A DNA stretch of 62,763 bases, counting the filler. It is 6 parts of 6 records of this genome, joined end to end, with 100 filler letters (N's around TTAATTAATTAA, not from the genome) between each part and the next. Parts side by side here need not be neighbours in the genome. Positions count along the whole stretch, not along the records: positions 1 to 29,829 come from SRR20825010_5299; 5 more parts are not named here. One strand, written 5' to 3'. Position numbers and translations under genes: made by a program. The notes under the pieces were generated by a model that saw only the letters and a list, made by a program, of their open reading frames with translations, had not been told where the DNA came from and did not search any database. Shown here in pieces: positions 13,696 to 24,114 of this stretch (positions are counted from its first letter, which is position 1; every line of letters starts with the position of its first letter).

Positions 13696-14127
13696 ATGGC
13701 AGCAAATCAACATCGGCTCTATCTGCGACTGCAGCTCGCGGCCCACCACCTCAAAAAGCACGCGGACCGCGCACTTTTAGACAGTGCGGCGGTTACAACG
13801 GCACAGGCCGCTGTTCTATCCATTCTGATGACTGAGGGCGCTGCATCGCAGAAAGTGATCGCGAACACACTTGGCCAGAACGAATCCGCCGTTACCGCAA
13901 TGGTGAAGAGACTTCTTAAACTCGGTTATATTGAAAGACAGAAAAGCGCTGAGGACGGGCGTGCCTGGCTCCTGAGCCTTACAGAGAAGGGCAAACAAGC
14001 CCTTGGTGACATTAAGGGACCGTTTGCAGCGGTAAACGCCATACTTGATGATATTTTGAGCGACGAAGAGGCGGCCAAACTAGCGGACTATCTTGGCCGA
14101 ATCTCAAAAGGCTTTGGCGTGCGCTAA
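13696..14127 (+). CDS. MarR-family regulator
   Basis: wHTH with SAVTAMVKRL and EDGRAWLLSLTEKG; divergent from the amidohydrolase. Confidence 0.9.
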   Translation: MAANQHRLYLRLQLAAHHLKKHADRALLDSAAVTTAQAAVLSILMTEGAASQKVIANTLGQNESAVTAMVKRLLKLGYIERQKSAEDGRAWLLSLTEKGKQALGDIKGPFAAVNAILDDILSDEEAAKLADYLGRISKGFGVR

Positions 14128-14134
14128 CGGGAAA

Positions 14135-14554
14135 CTATTTTTTCACCGTCGCCAAGCATTCGATTTCCACTCTGGCGCCTAACGCTAGACCCGACGCGCC
14201 CATTGCACTCCGCGCAGGAAAACGATCTGTGAAGTAGGTGCGGTACACCTCGTTCATAGCCGCCCATTCCTTGATGTCAGCCATCATAACAAGGCATTTC
14301 ACCACATGGCTCATATCGGAACCATTGGCTTCAAGCGTTGCCTTGATGTTGTCCATAGTCTGTCTTGTCTCAGGGCCGATGCCCCCTGGTACCAATGACA
14401 TCGTGCCTGGTTTGGCACCGAGCTCACCTGACAGGTACAGCATATCCCCTACCCTCACGGCTTTTGAGAACGGTAGGCTTGCCTGCTCATTTTCAGCTGC
14501 CGCCCCGAAGGTGGTCATAGCTGCTACAACGGTCGCTAGAATTAGGTTTCTCAT
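14135..14554 (-). CDS. RidA/YjgF-family protein with N-terminal signal peptide
   Basis: PFSKAV, LYLSG, MNEVY, FPARSA, RVEIEC; MRNLILATVVAAMTTFGAAA leader. Confidence 0.9.
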   Translation of the reverse strand: MRNLILATVVAAMTTFGAAAENEQASLPFSKAVRVGDMLYLSGELGAKPGTMSLVPGGIGPETRQTMDNIKATLEANGSDMSHVVKCLVMMADIKEWAAMNEVYRTYFTDRFPARSAMGASGLALGARVEIECLATVKK

Positions 14555-14607
14555 ATCTTCCCCCTGAAGGTGTTTTCAGCAGCCTAGTTATTTTAGGCTC
14601 TCATGCC

Positions 14608-14639
14608 AAAAGAAAAGGGCCGCTCAATGAGCAGCCCTT
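14608..14639 (-). terminator. Intrinsic terminator of petABC
   Basis: AAGGGCTGCTCA/TGAGCGGCCCTT stem followed by a U-tract on the minus strand. Confidence 0.75.
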
Positions 14640-14663
14640 CACAATCTTGCCATTCTGTATGAC

Positions 14664-15455
14664 CTATTTGTCTTCGTAGAAGTTCTTACCGCTTTTCACC
14701 GGCTTCCAGATCTTCTTCATGGAGAAGTAGAGGATGATTGTAAGGATACCTAGGAACAGCAGAACTTTCAGCCCCATGTTATGACGCACTGTAAGTTTTG
14801 GCTCAGCCACGTACATCAGGAAGTTGGTGACGTCTTTTGCCATTTGCTCCGGTGTCGCAGCAGTACCGTCTTCATATTCAACGATACCTTCTGCTAGCGG
14901 AGGTGCCATGGAGATCGCGCCGCCCTTGAAGTAAGGGTTATACTGTTTACCAGCCGGAATATCGCGGCCAGCCGGCGCATCTTCATAGCCAGTCATAAGG
15001 CTATAGAGGTAGTTTGCTCCGTCATGACGCGCCTTCGCCATCAGCGAAAGATCCGGTGGCAGTGCGCCGCCGTTTGATGCACGAGCAGCGTTGTCGTTCG
15101 GGAACGGGCTCGGGAAGGCATCTTCCGGACGAGCCGCGCGAACAGTAGGATCACCCGCATCATCAATTTCACCAGGCACTTCATATTCAGCAGCCCACGC
15201 TTTGATCATGTCTTCTTCGTAACCGAGGTCCGCAAGGTTACGGAACCGGAAGTATTTAAGGGCGTGACATGCCGAACAAACCTGTTTGTACACCTGCCAG
15301 CCGCGCTGGGCAGAGGTAACATCCAGTTTGCCGAACGGGCCTTCAAATTCCCATTCCATCTGCATCGGGTGCTTGTCAGCACCCGCGCTATATGATGCCC
15401 CAGCGAGACCTACAGCCGCGGTCAGGGCAATCGCAATGTTCTTAACTAGTTTCAT
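14664..15455 (-). CDS. petC: Cytochrome c1
   Basis: QRGWQVYKQVCSACH, PPDLSL, ISMAPPL, C-terminal TM helix. Confidence 0.97.
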   Translation of the reverse strand: MKLVKNIAIALTAAVGLAGASYSAGADKHPMQMEWEFEGPFGKLDVTSAQRGWQVYKQVCSACHALKYFRFRNLADLGYEEDMIKAWAAEYEVPGEIDDAGDPTVRAARPEDAFPSPFPNDNAARASNGGALPPDLSLMAKARHDGANYLYSLMTGYEDAPAGRDIPAGKQYNPYFKGGAISMAPPLAEGIVEYEDGTAATPEQMAKDVTNFLMYVAEPKLTVRHNMGLKVLLFLGILTIILYFSMKKIWKPVKSGKNFYEDK

Positions 15456-15466
15456 CGTGAATCCCC

Positions 15467-16738
15467 TTACTCAGCTGCTTTAACAACTGGGTTGGCAATA
15501 CTTTCCGGCAATGGCAGCGTTTTCTCGATCTTTCCGAGAAGCGGCAGGATAACCAGGAAGTGAGCGAAATAGTAGATCGTGCCAAGCAGACCAACTAGCG
15601 GCCAGATACCTTCAGGCTTCTTGCCGCCAACGATCGTGAGGACAAACATGTCGATCACGAGGAAGAGGAAGAACCAGCGGAAGGTCGGACGGAACTTGCC
15701 AGAGCGAACCTTGGATGTATCCAGCCATGGCAGGAACAGCCACACAAGGATCGACGCAAACATCGCAAGCACACCCAAAAGCTTGGCAGGAATGAACACT
15801 ATATCAGTGAATGGTATACCAAGATCAAACGTAATCGAGCGCAGGATCGCATAGAACGGCAGGAAGTACCATTCTGGCACGATACTGTCTGGCGTCACCA
15901 TTGGGTCGGCCGGGATATAGTTATCCGGGTGGCCAAGTGCATTCGGCATGTAGAAAAGAAATGCAGCAAACACAAAGAAGAAGACACCCGCACCAAACGC
16001 ATCCTTCACCGTATAGAACGGGTGGAATGGGATCTGGTCAGCGCCGGACTTCACTTCAATACCCAGCGGGTTACCACTGTCCGAAATCTTCTTCGCCCAG
16101 AGGTGAAGGATCACAACACCAGCAATTACAAACGGCAGCAGATAGTGCAGACTGAAGAAGCGGTTCAAGGTTGGGTTATCAACTGAGAAACCGCCCCACA
16201 GCAGGGTCACAATGCTTTCGCCCACGACCGGAATTGCAGAGAAGAGGTTCGTGATCACTGTCGCACCCCAGAAGGACATCTGACCCCAAGGAAGGACATA
16301 GCCCATGAAGGCCGTTGCCATCATGAGAAGGAAGATTACAACACCGAGCATCCACAACACTTCGCGAGGAGCCTTATAGGACCCAAAGTACAAACCGCGG
16401 AAGATATGGATATAGACGGCGATAAAGAAGAAGGAGGCACCGTTCGCATGCATATAGCGAATGAGCCACCCATAATTCACATCACGCATGATACGCTCGA
16501 CACTGTCAAACGCCATCGAGGTGTGTGGGGTATAGTGCATTGCGAGCACAATACCGGAAATGATCTGAACAACGAGCATCAGGCCCGCGAGGGAACCGAA
16601 GTTCCACCAGTAGTTCAGGTTGCGCGGTGTAGGCGTATCAGGGCCCACAACGTTATTCACCAGCGAGATTATCGGCAGGCGTTCTTCAACCCATGCAGCT
16701 ACAGCATTTTTGGGTTTTGCAGCATTCCATTCAGCCAT
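15467..16738 (-). CDS. petB: Cytochrome b
   Basis: [31 protein letters not shown]; four heme His ligands present. Confidence 0.98.
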   Translation of the reverse strand: MAEWNAAKPKNAVAAWVEERLPIISLVNNVVGPDTPTPRNLNYWWNFGSLAGLMLVVQIISGIVLAMHYTPHTSMAFDSVERIMRDVNYGWLIRYMHANGASFFFIAVYIHIFRGLYFGSYKAPREVLWMLGVVIFLLMMATAFMGYVLPWGQMSFWGATVITNLFSAIPVVGESIVTLLWGGFSVDNPTLNRFFSLHYLLPFVIAGVVILHLWAKKISDSGNPLGIEVKSGADQIPFHPFYTVKDAFGAGVFFFVFAAFLFYMPNALGHPDNYIPADPMVTPDSIVPEWYFLPFYAILRSITFDLGIPFTDIVFIPAKLLGVLAMFASILVWLFLPWLDTSKVRSGKFRPTFRWFFLFLVIDMFVLTIVGGKKPEGIWPLVGLLGTIYYFAHFLVILPLLGKIEKTLPLPESIANPVVKAAE

Positions 16739-16749
16739 GACTTGCCCCC

Positions 16750-17304
16750 TTACCCGATCTGGAGTGTTGAATCTGAGAGGAAGGTATAGGTCGGCACCTC
16801 TAGGTTCTTAGGTGCTGGGCCCTTCCTTATTCGACCCGCGGTATCATAGTGTGAACCATGGCAAGGGCAGAACCAACCGCCGTACTCGCCACGTTCGTCG
16901 CCGGTTTTGGTGCCCAGCGGCACACAACCAAGGTGCGTACAAACGCCCATGACAACAAGCCAGTCAGCATGACCTTCTTGCACGCGTTCCTCGTCGGTTT
17001 GTTTGTCGATCAATGAAGCCACAGGTACTGCCCGCGCTTCTTCAATCTCTGCCTGCGTGCGGTGACGGACAAAAACCGGTTTCCCGCGCCATTTTATTAC
17101 CACAGCTTCCCCTTCGCCAATGGCGCTGAGGTCCACTTCCACGGATGCCAGCGCCAATGTATCAGCCGCTGGGTTCATCTGGTCAATAAAAGGCCAGGCC
17201 GCCATAACAGCGCCCACACCGGCCATACCTGCGGCCGCTACATGAAGAAAATCGCGCCGTGTGGCGTCGTCTTCTGCTTCGATAGTCTCGTTGATAGTGC
17301 TCAT
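16750..17304 (-). CDS. petA: Rieske Fe-S protein
   Basis: Tat motif TRRDFL, CTHLGC and CPCHGS. Confidence 0.98.
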   Translation of the reverse strand: MSTINETIEAEDDATRRDFLHVAAAGMAGVGAVMAAWPFIDQMNPAADTLALASVEVDLSAIGEGEAVVIKWRGKPVFVRHRTQAEIEEARAVPVASLIDKQTDEERVQEGHADWLVVMGVCTHLGCVPLGTKTGDERGEYGGWFCPCHGSHYDTAGRIRKGPAPKNLEVPTYTFLSDSTLQIG

Positions 17305-17393
17305 CTAATCTTCCCTGACAGGAACGTGATGCGAAAGGCGATCAGTCGTCTGATTCCCGAACGTAATTCTACCTCTGCATGGTAGCAAATCTC

Positions 17394-17410
17394 TGCGTCA
17401 CAAGGCCGCA
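17394..17410. promoter_or_regulatory. Putative RegA/PrrA/RegR box upstream of petABC
   Basis: TGCGTCACAAGGCCGCA fits GCGNC-N5-GNCGC. Confidence 0.4.
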
Positions 17411-17592
17411 GCGTCGCCAGCCATAAACTCTACCGCCAGACAGCCCCTGCCCAGCGAATTGGGATTGGTTTAGTCGGACGCGTGAAAAGAGGCAAGGGTT
17501 TATCCTCCGAATTTCTAAAAAAATGGCAGAAAATTGTCCGCTTGGATAGTGTGTCGTTGCATCATGGTGACAGAGAATATAGCTTGCGCGCC

Positions 17593-18057
17593 ATGGAAAT
17601 AGCGCTTTTTCAACCCGATCAACCGCAGAACACCGGCACACTCCTGAGGCTTGGTGCTTGTATGGGGGCGCCTGTGCATATTATTGAGCCCTGCGGCTTT
17701 CCTTTTTCTCATCGGGCACTCAAGCGTTCCGCTATGGATTATGTCGATATTGTAGAAATGGTGCAGCATGTGGATTGGGAAGCGTTCGATAAAGCCCGAA
17801 CGGCCGAAGGCAAGCGGCTCATTCTCTTGACGACCAAAGGCTCCACAGCATACACGGACTTCAAATTTAACAAAAACGACATACTGATGGTTGGAAGTGA
17901 ATCATCAGGAGCACCACAATTCGTGCATGAAACAGCAGACGCTTGTTTAGTGATTCCCATGGCTGCGAAACCACGGTCTATCAATGTGGCCATTTCAATG
18001 GGGATGGTTCTTGGTGAAGCGCTGCGTCAAACAGATATGTGGCCTGAAGGAAGCTAG
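17593..18057 (+). CDS. trmL: tRNA (cytidine/uridine-34-2'-O)-methyltransferase
   Basis: [36 protein letters not shown] motifs. Confidence 0.93.
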   Translation: MEIALFQPDQPQNTGTLLRLGACMGAPVHIIEPCGFPFSHRALKRSAMDYVDIVEMVQHVDWEAFDKARTAEGKRLILLTTKGSTAYTDFKFNKNDILMVGSESSGAPQFVHETADACLVIPMAAKPRSINVAISMGMVLGEALRQTDMWPEGS

Positions 18058-18058
18058 A

Positions 18059-18925
18059 ATGGAACTCGAAGACAAAAAGCAGGCAGCTGCAGCATGGTTT
18101 CTAAACCTCAGAGACCAGATTTGTACCAGCTTCGAAACCATCGAGGACGACAATGACGGACCGCTCGCCAGCAAGCCCGCCGGACGCTTTGAGCGCAAAA
18201 CCTGGGATCGCACTAACCAGACCGATGGCGCTCAGGGCGGCGGCGGTACCATGTCTATCATGCGTGGTGGACGAGTTTTCGAGAAGGTCGGTGTCAATAT
18301 TTCAACCGTACACGGCACCTTCACGCCTGAGTTCGCAAAAAACATTCCCGGCGCTGACGAAGATCCACGTTTTTTTGCCACAGGTATTTCGCTTGTTGCA
18401 CATATGAATAGCCCACGGGTACCTGCCGTTCATATGAACACCCGCTTTATCGTGACAACACAGCACTGGTTTGGCGGCGGCGCAGACCTGAACGCACCAC
18501 TTCCAAATGCCAATGACACAGCGGAATTTCACGCCGCCTACAAAGGTTGCTGCGACAAGCATGGGCCTGATTATTACGAGCGTTTCAAGAAATGGTGCGA
18601 CGAGTATTTTTACATTCCACACCGCAATCGTGCGCGTGGCGAAGGCGGGATTTTTTATGACCGCCTTAACACCGGGGACTGGAGCGCTGATTTCGAGTTT
18701 ACCAAAGACGTCGGCCGCACGTTCAATGACATCTACCCCACTCTCATCCGCAAACATATGAATGAAGAGTGGACACAGGAAGAACGCGAGAAGCAGCTCG
18801 AGTATCGTGGCTACTATGCAGAGTTCAACCTTGTCTATGACCGTGGCACGACCTTCGGCCTCAAAACTGGCGGCAACGTGGAAGCGATCCTGATGTCACT
18901 ACCACCTGAAGCCAAATGGCCTTAG
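18059..18925 (+). CDS. hemF: Oxygen-dependent coproporphyrinogen III oxidase
   Basis: [32 protein letters not shown]. Confidence 0.97.
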   Translation: MELEDKKQAAAAWFLNLRDQICTSFETIEDDNDGPLASKPAGRFERKTWDRTNQTDGAQGGGGTMSIMRGGRVFEKVGVNISTVHGTFTPEFAKNIPGADEDPRFFATGISLVAHMNSPRVPAVHMNTRFIVTTQHWFGGGADLNAPLPNANDTAEFHAAYKGCCDKHGPDYYERFKKWCDEYFYIPHRNRARGEGGIFYDRLNTGDWSADFEFTKDVGRTFNDIYPTLIRKHMNEEWTQEEREKQLEYRGYYAEFNLVYDRGTTFGLKTGGNVEAILMSLPPEAKWP

Positions 18926-19359
18926 GTGACCTGAGCGTCTATGTTGCGCTATTTCTGAACGCTTTTATTGCCGCCACGCTACTGCCCGCGATGTCAGAGT
19001 TGACGTTGGCTTCTTTGATTCTTTCCGACACGGGTACGCCCTATGCCCTGTTCATTGCGGCTACGGCAGGCAATGTTGCTGGGTCGTGTTTGAACTGGTG
19101 GCTGGGTGTTCGTATAACCCGGTTCCAATCCAGGAAATGGTTCCCCTTCACCTCGGCGCAGCTCGCCCGAGGTCGGCAACACTTTTTCCGATATGGCAAA
19201 TACTCCCTGCTCTTTGCTTGGGTGCCTGTGATTGGCGACCCCATCACCCTCGTTGCTGGTATGTTGCGCACCAATTTTCTGACCTTCATAATTTTTGTTT
19301 CAATAGGCAAAGCCCTACGGTACGCGGCTGTTGTTTATAGCGTTACCTCGATAGGTTAG
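18916..19359 (+). CDS. YqaA/DedA-family membrane protein
   Basis: [32 protein letters not shown]. Confidence 0.9.
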   Translation: MALGDLSVYVALFLNAFIAATLLPAMSELTLASLILSDTGTPYALFIAATAGNVAGSCLNWWLGVRITRFQSRKWFPFTSAQLARGRQHFFRYGKYSLLFAWVPVIGDPITLVAGMLRTNFLTFIIFVSIGKALRYAAVVYSVTSIG

Positions 19360-19487
19360 AATAATCATTCACCCTGGTGACGAGGTTCGTCGCCGATAAA
19401 AACACCTTTCTTGTTGTTGAGACAATTACTACTATAAGATATTTGATCACTCAATCAGTTCCAAAAGCCCTCCGGATTGCCCTATCA

Positions 19488-20615
19488 ATGAAGCCTCGCA
19501 AAGAAATTATCGTTATAGATGACCTAGCGCCTCACCCAAAGTACGGGGCAGGATGCTGCCGAGCCGCCGATATATATCAGGCACTTATTGATCAGGGCTT
19601 TAATGTTACCCTATACCTTCAGGCGCCACGTGCAGCAGATAAAGAGGTATTTGACGCTGGCCATGGGTGTTCCCGTATCCGATACGTCAAGAATATCGAG
19701 CTTCCTCAATTGATTAAGAATCTCGGTCCCAACCTGACGCACATATGGGTTTCCAGAACCCGGAACGTCGCAGCCTTCCGAGACATCTTACTTGCATGGA
19801 AAAATGAAGTACCTTCGAGGCGGTACCTCATTTCAGATACCGAAGCATTAACAAGCCTTCGTCCCCTGTCGTTCCGCATCGAGCTTCAGTCACCGAAAAA
19901 TCGTCAGACTTGCGTGGCTGCAGCACGAGAAGAGCTCTCACACTCCCAAGGTTTCGATACAGTCGTTTGTGTATCAGATTTCGAGGCTGAACTTGCCACA
20001 GAAGCCTTACCGGGTGTTCGTATCCACAAACTTGAGTCGGTCTTTTCACCGAAATGCGACACGCCGCCACACGATAAACGAGAGCACTTCTTTTTCTGCG
20101 GTGCATTTCATACCGATCAAACCCCAAACACGGATTCTGTGCAGTGGTTCTGCAATAGAGTATGGCCACATATTAAAGCAGCCCTCCCAGAAGCTCAGTT
20201 CCATATTGGAGGCTTTGTCGGAAAAGACGTCATTCTCCCGGAAGTTGTTCGCCTTAACGCTCGAATCCTGGGGCCGATTGAGGACCTCCAACTTCACTAC
20301 AATAGATATCGTGTTTTTGTCGCACCCACCCGAGTAGCGGCGGGCGTGCCCTATAAGGTACGCCACGCCATGAGCAGTGGAATTCCTTGCGTGATTACGG
20401 AACTCCTGGCCAAGCAAATGCCTCACCCGGAAAATACTCGGCCATTTGTATCCTCTCCGATAGAGGCTAAGGAATTCGCACAACACTGCATCAACTTGTA
20501 TTCAAACAAGAACGCGTGGCACGAAACACAGCAAGCAGCCCTCACCGAAATTGATCGTGCTTGTGCGCCCAATATCTTCGACACGGCCTTAAGTGCCATT
20601 CTAAGAGGCCGCTAA
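19488..20615 (+). CDS. Glycosyltransferase (GT4-like); start uncertain
   Basis: FCGAF...PNTD, VFVAPTRVAAGVPYKV..AMSSGIPCV C-terminal GT-B motif. Confidence 0.8.
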   Translation: MKPRKEIIVIDDLAPHPKYGAGCCRAADIYQALIDQGFNVTLYLQAPRAADKEVFDAGHGCSRIRYVKNIELPQLIKNLGPNLTHIWVSRTRNVAAFRDILLAWKNEVPSRRYLISDTEALTSLRPLSFRIELQSPKNRQTCVAAAREELSHSQGFDTVVCVSDFEAELATEALPGVRIHKLESVFSPKCDTPPHDKREHFFFCGAFHTDQTPNTDSVQWFCNRVWPHIKAALPEAQFHIGGFVGKDVILPEVVRLNARILGPIEDLQLHYNRYRVFVAPTRVAAGVPYKVRHAMSSGIPCVITELLAKQMPHPENTRPFVSSPIEAKEFAQHCINLYSNKNAWHETQQAALTEIDRACAPNIFDTALSAILRGR

Positions 20616-20712
20616 CACCGGTCAGACCAAGCCCTGCACTTCCGCCACAAAATAGTCATAAGCCTTTTGAAAAATGTGATAAATTGAGTTGAAACAATTG
20701 AGGTGTAGCTAC

Positions 20713-21288
20713 ATGACCAACAAAATACTGGGCGGTATTCTAATCGTTATGATGCTGGCACTACCGAGCCACGCTGACAGCCCCACTGAAAAGCGGGAAA
20801 AAATCCAGGTCATGCGTGAAGAAGTACTAGCTGAATTATTTGATCAGCGGCCGCAAGCCCGCGCCGAGATCGATGAAGCCGATGGCTATGCGGTGTTTTC
20901 AAACATCGGCGTACAGATATTCTTGCTGGGTGCTGGCGGTGGTCGCGGCGTAGTACGCGATGTCCAGTCAGGCACAGATACCTATATGAAAATGGCAACC
21001 GCGAGCGTTGGCATTGGGCTCGGCATCAAAGATTTCCGTGCTGTATTTATTTTCCACAGCCGCGATGCGCTGAATGATTTCACCGAGCATGGCTGGGATT
21101 TCACTGGTGAGGCTGACGCCGCAGCGCGCTCCGGCAACAAGGGCGGAGAGATCGGCGAAGCGGCTTCCGTTCGCAAAAAAGTCAGCGTTTATCAGTTCAC
21201 TGATGGCGGCCTAATGCTTCAGGCGTCCCTGCACGGCACAAAATACTGGCAGGACAAAAAGCTGAACCGGCTTGAAAAATCTCGCTAG
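20713..21288 (+). CDS. YSC84/SYLF lipid-binding domain exported protein
   Basis: Signal peptide ending SHA; GYAVF, GGGRG, GLGIKDFRAVFIF, GTKYW. Confidence 0.85.
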   Translation: MTNKILGGILIVMMLALPSHADSPTEKREKIQVMREEVLAELFDQRPQARAEIDEADGYAVFSNIGVQIFLLGAGGGRGVVRDVQSGTDTYMKMATASVGIGLGIKDFRAVFIFHSRDALNDFTEHGWDFTGEADAAARSGNKGGEIGEAASVRKKVSVYQFTDGGLMLQASLHGTKYWQDKKLNRLEKSR

Positions 21289-21321
21289 GTCGCAAGAGCC
21301 TTTATCAAAGCACACTGCGAG

Positions 21322-22500
21322 CTAAAGCCTTGAGAGCAAGTCATTTTTCCCGAGTTGGAAGTCGCTCTTAATCCAGAGCGCTTCCAGTTGTTCCAGCTTA
21401 CGGGAGATTTCAGGCCCGGCAAGCGCTCCTCGCGCAATCAAGTCTCCTCCCTTCACGGGGAAGGTGGGAATCTGCCACGCATTAAGTACATCGAAACAGC
21501 CCTGGCCAACGGCCTCAGGCTGGGTCATGATAGAAACCTGCGCCGCGTCAGGCCCAAGTTCATAATACAGCTTCCGCATTTCGCGTTCGTCCTCTGGGCA
21601 TGCCACTTCAAGCCCCTTTGCCGCTGCTCGCAGCCGTTCCTTCTCTTTGTTCGAGAAGCGAAACCGACGGGCAAAACCATTGACCTTATCCGAGCCAAGA
21701 GACACCCAACATGCAAGCCGCAAAAGTGGATCGATAGCGATGCCTTGCTCCTTCTCGCTCGACAGATAAACCTCCAGCTGTCTTTCATTCACTGCAATTA
21801 GTTTCAGCACCTCGCTGCCGCCAATTTTTGCAAACGACCTGATGCTGAGAAAGGGGGCTGGCGCCGAAAACATCTTCAGGAGTTCAGCGTGCACGCGTTC
21901 CGCTGACAGCGACCCAAGCAGCGCAATCTGGTGCTTGCTGGCCGCTAGCCCTGCATCGTCCAACGGGCCCGTGCCATACCAGGCATGAAAACGGAAAAAG
22001 CGCATGATACGGAGCGCATCTTCCTTGATACGCATCTCGGCGTCACCGATAAACCTGACCCGCCCCGCTTTAAGGTCAGCGACACCGCCATAGGGGTCAT
22101 ATAGCTCGCCACCCGATGAAAGATACAGTGCGTTGAAGGTGAAATCCCTCCGAGCCGCGTCCTCCAACCAGTCATCTGTGAAAGCGACTGTAGCGTGGCG
22201 GCCGTCTGTTTCCGTGTCACTACGCAGGGTCGTTATCTCAATGGTCTGGCCATCAAGCACTGCTGTCACCGTTCCATGATCGATACCCGTCGGTATCACC
22301 TTAACACCAGCGCGCTTCAACAAGCCCGTCGTGGTTGCTGGGTGGTGACGACAAGCCGCATCGATATCTTCGACAGCGCGACCAAGGAGGGTGTCGCGCA
22401 CAGCACCCCCAACAAAACGTATGTTATCAGGCCCCAAAACATCGATAACTCTCTGCACCAACGAGAGTGAGAACCAATCAGGTTGGATTTTCTTCTCCAC
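21322..22500 (-). CDS. cca: CCA tRNA nucleotidyltransferase
   Basis: VGGAVRD, DID, EITTLR, DAARRDFTFNA, EDALRIMRFFRF. Confidence 0.93.
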   Translation of the reverse strand: MEKKIQPDWFSLSLVQRVIDVLGPDNIRFVGGAVRDTLLGRAVEDIDAACRHHPATTTGLLKRAGVKVIPTGIDHGTVTAVLDGQTIEITTLRSDTETDGRHATVAFTDDWLEDAARRDFTFNALYLSSGGELYDPYGGVADLKAGRVRFIGDAEMRIKEDALRIMRFFRFHAWYGTGPLDDAGLAASKHQIALLGSLSAERVHAELLKMFSAPAPFLSIRSFAKIGGSEVLKLIAVNERQLEVYLSSEKEQGIAIDPLLRLACWVSLGSDKVNGFARRFRFSNKEKERLRAAAKGLEVACPEDEREMRKLYYELGPDAAQVSIMTQPEAVGQGCFDVLNAWQIPTFPVKGGDLIARGALAGPEISRKLEQLEALWIKSDFQLGKNDLLSRL

Positions 22501-22819
22501 CCTCGTCGTCCTCTTTTGAGTTATCTACCGCTTCTTCCTCATCCTCGGACACGAAACGACCGGGAACAACCTTGCCGTCTTCACTATGCGGCGGAATATA
22601 GCGGGTGCGGGCGTCGCCTGTCCTGTCGTCCAGGAGCCTCAGAGAAACACCTGCGGCAAGTGCGACAATAACCAACACACCCAGCGTTTTCTGGAGCCGC
22701 GAGATATCCTGCCGCCTCTCCTCTTCCGTCTGATCCTTCTTCAACCGCCAACGCAGCCAAAAAATGACCGCCACCAACGGTATCAACAACAAAGCGATCC
22801 GGAGTATTATGATAGTCAT
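22478..22819 (-). CDS. Small membrane protein (DUF6111-like)
   Basis: Two TM helices then YIPPHSEDGKVVPGRF; ATG overlaps the nudL stop; typical position between nudL and cca. Confidence 0.75.
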   Translation of the reverse strand: MTIIILRIALLLIPLVAVIFWLRWRLKKDQTEEERRQDISRLQKTLGVLVIVALAAGVSLRLLDDRTGDARTRYIPPHSEDGKVVPGRFVSEDEEEAVDNSKEDDEGGEENPT

Positions 22820-23463
22820 ACTGAAACCTTCCCTAGCCCTGCAGGCGCGCGATGTCGCGAAGCCTCCATCACCTCGCATAGGTTCACCAGCATAGCTGCG
22901 GTAGCCCCCCAGATGAAAAAATCTCCATAAGGCATAGCATAATACTCGCGCCGTGCACCCTGCCAAACAGCACTTTGTTTTCTGTGATTTTCCCGGTTGA
23001 GAATAAAATCAAGCGGCACCTCAAAAGCCGCATCAACTTCCGTCTCCTGAAGAACCAGTTCAAAGCCTGGCTGAACCAACGCAACAACCGGCACAATCTC
23101 AAAGCCTGTGCCTGTGCGGTATGTATCAAGAAAGCCACAAACCTCAATATGGCTTGCAGCTAAACCAATCTCTTCTTCAGCCTCCCTAAGGGCCGCAGCA
23201 ACAGCATCAGCATCGGTGTCATCGATTTTGCCGCCAGGGAAGCTGACCTGACCAGCGTGCTTGCTTAAATGTTCAGTGCGTTTGGTCAGCAGGATAGATG
23301 GCCCGTCTACGTGATCAACTATTGGTACCAACACTGCGGCATCCCGAATAGGCTTATCTTTGTGCGCGATTAGTTTGGCATCACGGTTCAGGTCAAAATC
23401 GGATCGCCGCCCCCTCGCAGCCGGATTGTCATCCTTCAATGCGTCAGCTAGCCAGTTCTTCAC
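22816..23463 (-). CDS. nudL: CoA pyrophosphatase (Nudix)
   Basis: AAVLVP, LLTKR, HAGQVSFPGG, ALREAEEEIG, IWGATA. Confidence 0.92.
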   Translation of the reverse strand: MKNWLADALKDDNPAARGRRSDFDLNRDAKLIAHKDKPIRDAAVLVPIVDHVDGPSILLTKRTEHLSKHAGQVSFPGGKIDDTDADAVAAALREAEEEIGLAASHIEVCGFLDTYRTGTGFEIVPVVALVQPGFELVLQETEVDAAFEVPLDFILNRENHRKQSAVWQGARREYYAMPYGDFFIWGATAAMLVNLCEVMEASRHRAPAGLGKVSV

Positions 23464-24047
23464 GCATCACCATCCTCAAGCTCACCCAAAGAGAATACAG
23501 CCCCTGCACTTGCAATCGCCAGACGAGCTTTCCCGTCATCCTTTACAACTTCTGCATGGTCGACCAACTCATAGAACACATTGCGTGAGATAAGGGCATC
23601 CAGCCTGCCGCGCACGCGGATATAGGGCCGAGGTTCTTTGGTGTCGTCATCGACCACCACAGTAATAGGATGATCCCCATCAGCGATAACCTCATCGCCA
23701 ACATTCGTTGTAAACTTCAGTAATTGCTGGCCGTCGTCCTCAACAATTTCCACCTGGGTGGCAATGAAGTGCGCATCTTCAACAGTAATGCCTATCTTCT
23801 CAACAGGTGTAACAAGGTAGGTCTTACCGTCACTATCTTTCCGAAGCACCGTTGAAAATAGTTTGACCATACGCTTACGGCCAATGGGCGTGCCCATATA
23901 GAACCAGGTCCCATCGCGGGCGATACGCATGTCAATGTCACCACAAAACTCGGGGTTCCATTTATCAACGGGTGGAAAACGTTGCCCCTCCACATGCTTG
24001 ATAATGTCCTCAAGTCTGATCTTTGCGTTATTGTTGCCAGATACCAT
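23460..24047 (-). CDS. DUF1285 domain protein
   Basis: PPVDKWNPEFCGDIDMRI.RDGTWFY, LVTPVEK; AGGAGG RBS. Confidence 0.9.
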   Translation of the reverse strand: MVSGNNNAKIRLEDIIKHVEGQRFPPVDKWNPEFCGDIDMRIARDGTWFYMGTPIGRKRMVKLFSTVLRKDSDGKTYLVTPVEKIGITVEDAHFIATQVEIVEDDGQQLLKFTTNVGDEVIADGDHPITVVVDDDTKEPRPYIRVRGRLDALISRNVFYELVDHAEVVKDDGKARLAIASAGAVFSLGELEDGDA

Positions 24048-24114
24048 TAATGTCCTCCTGTCCCTATTGTATAGCAAGGGGCAGGTCATACAATACGGTG
24101 GCTGCTATAATATT

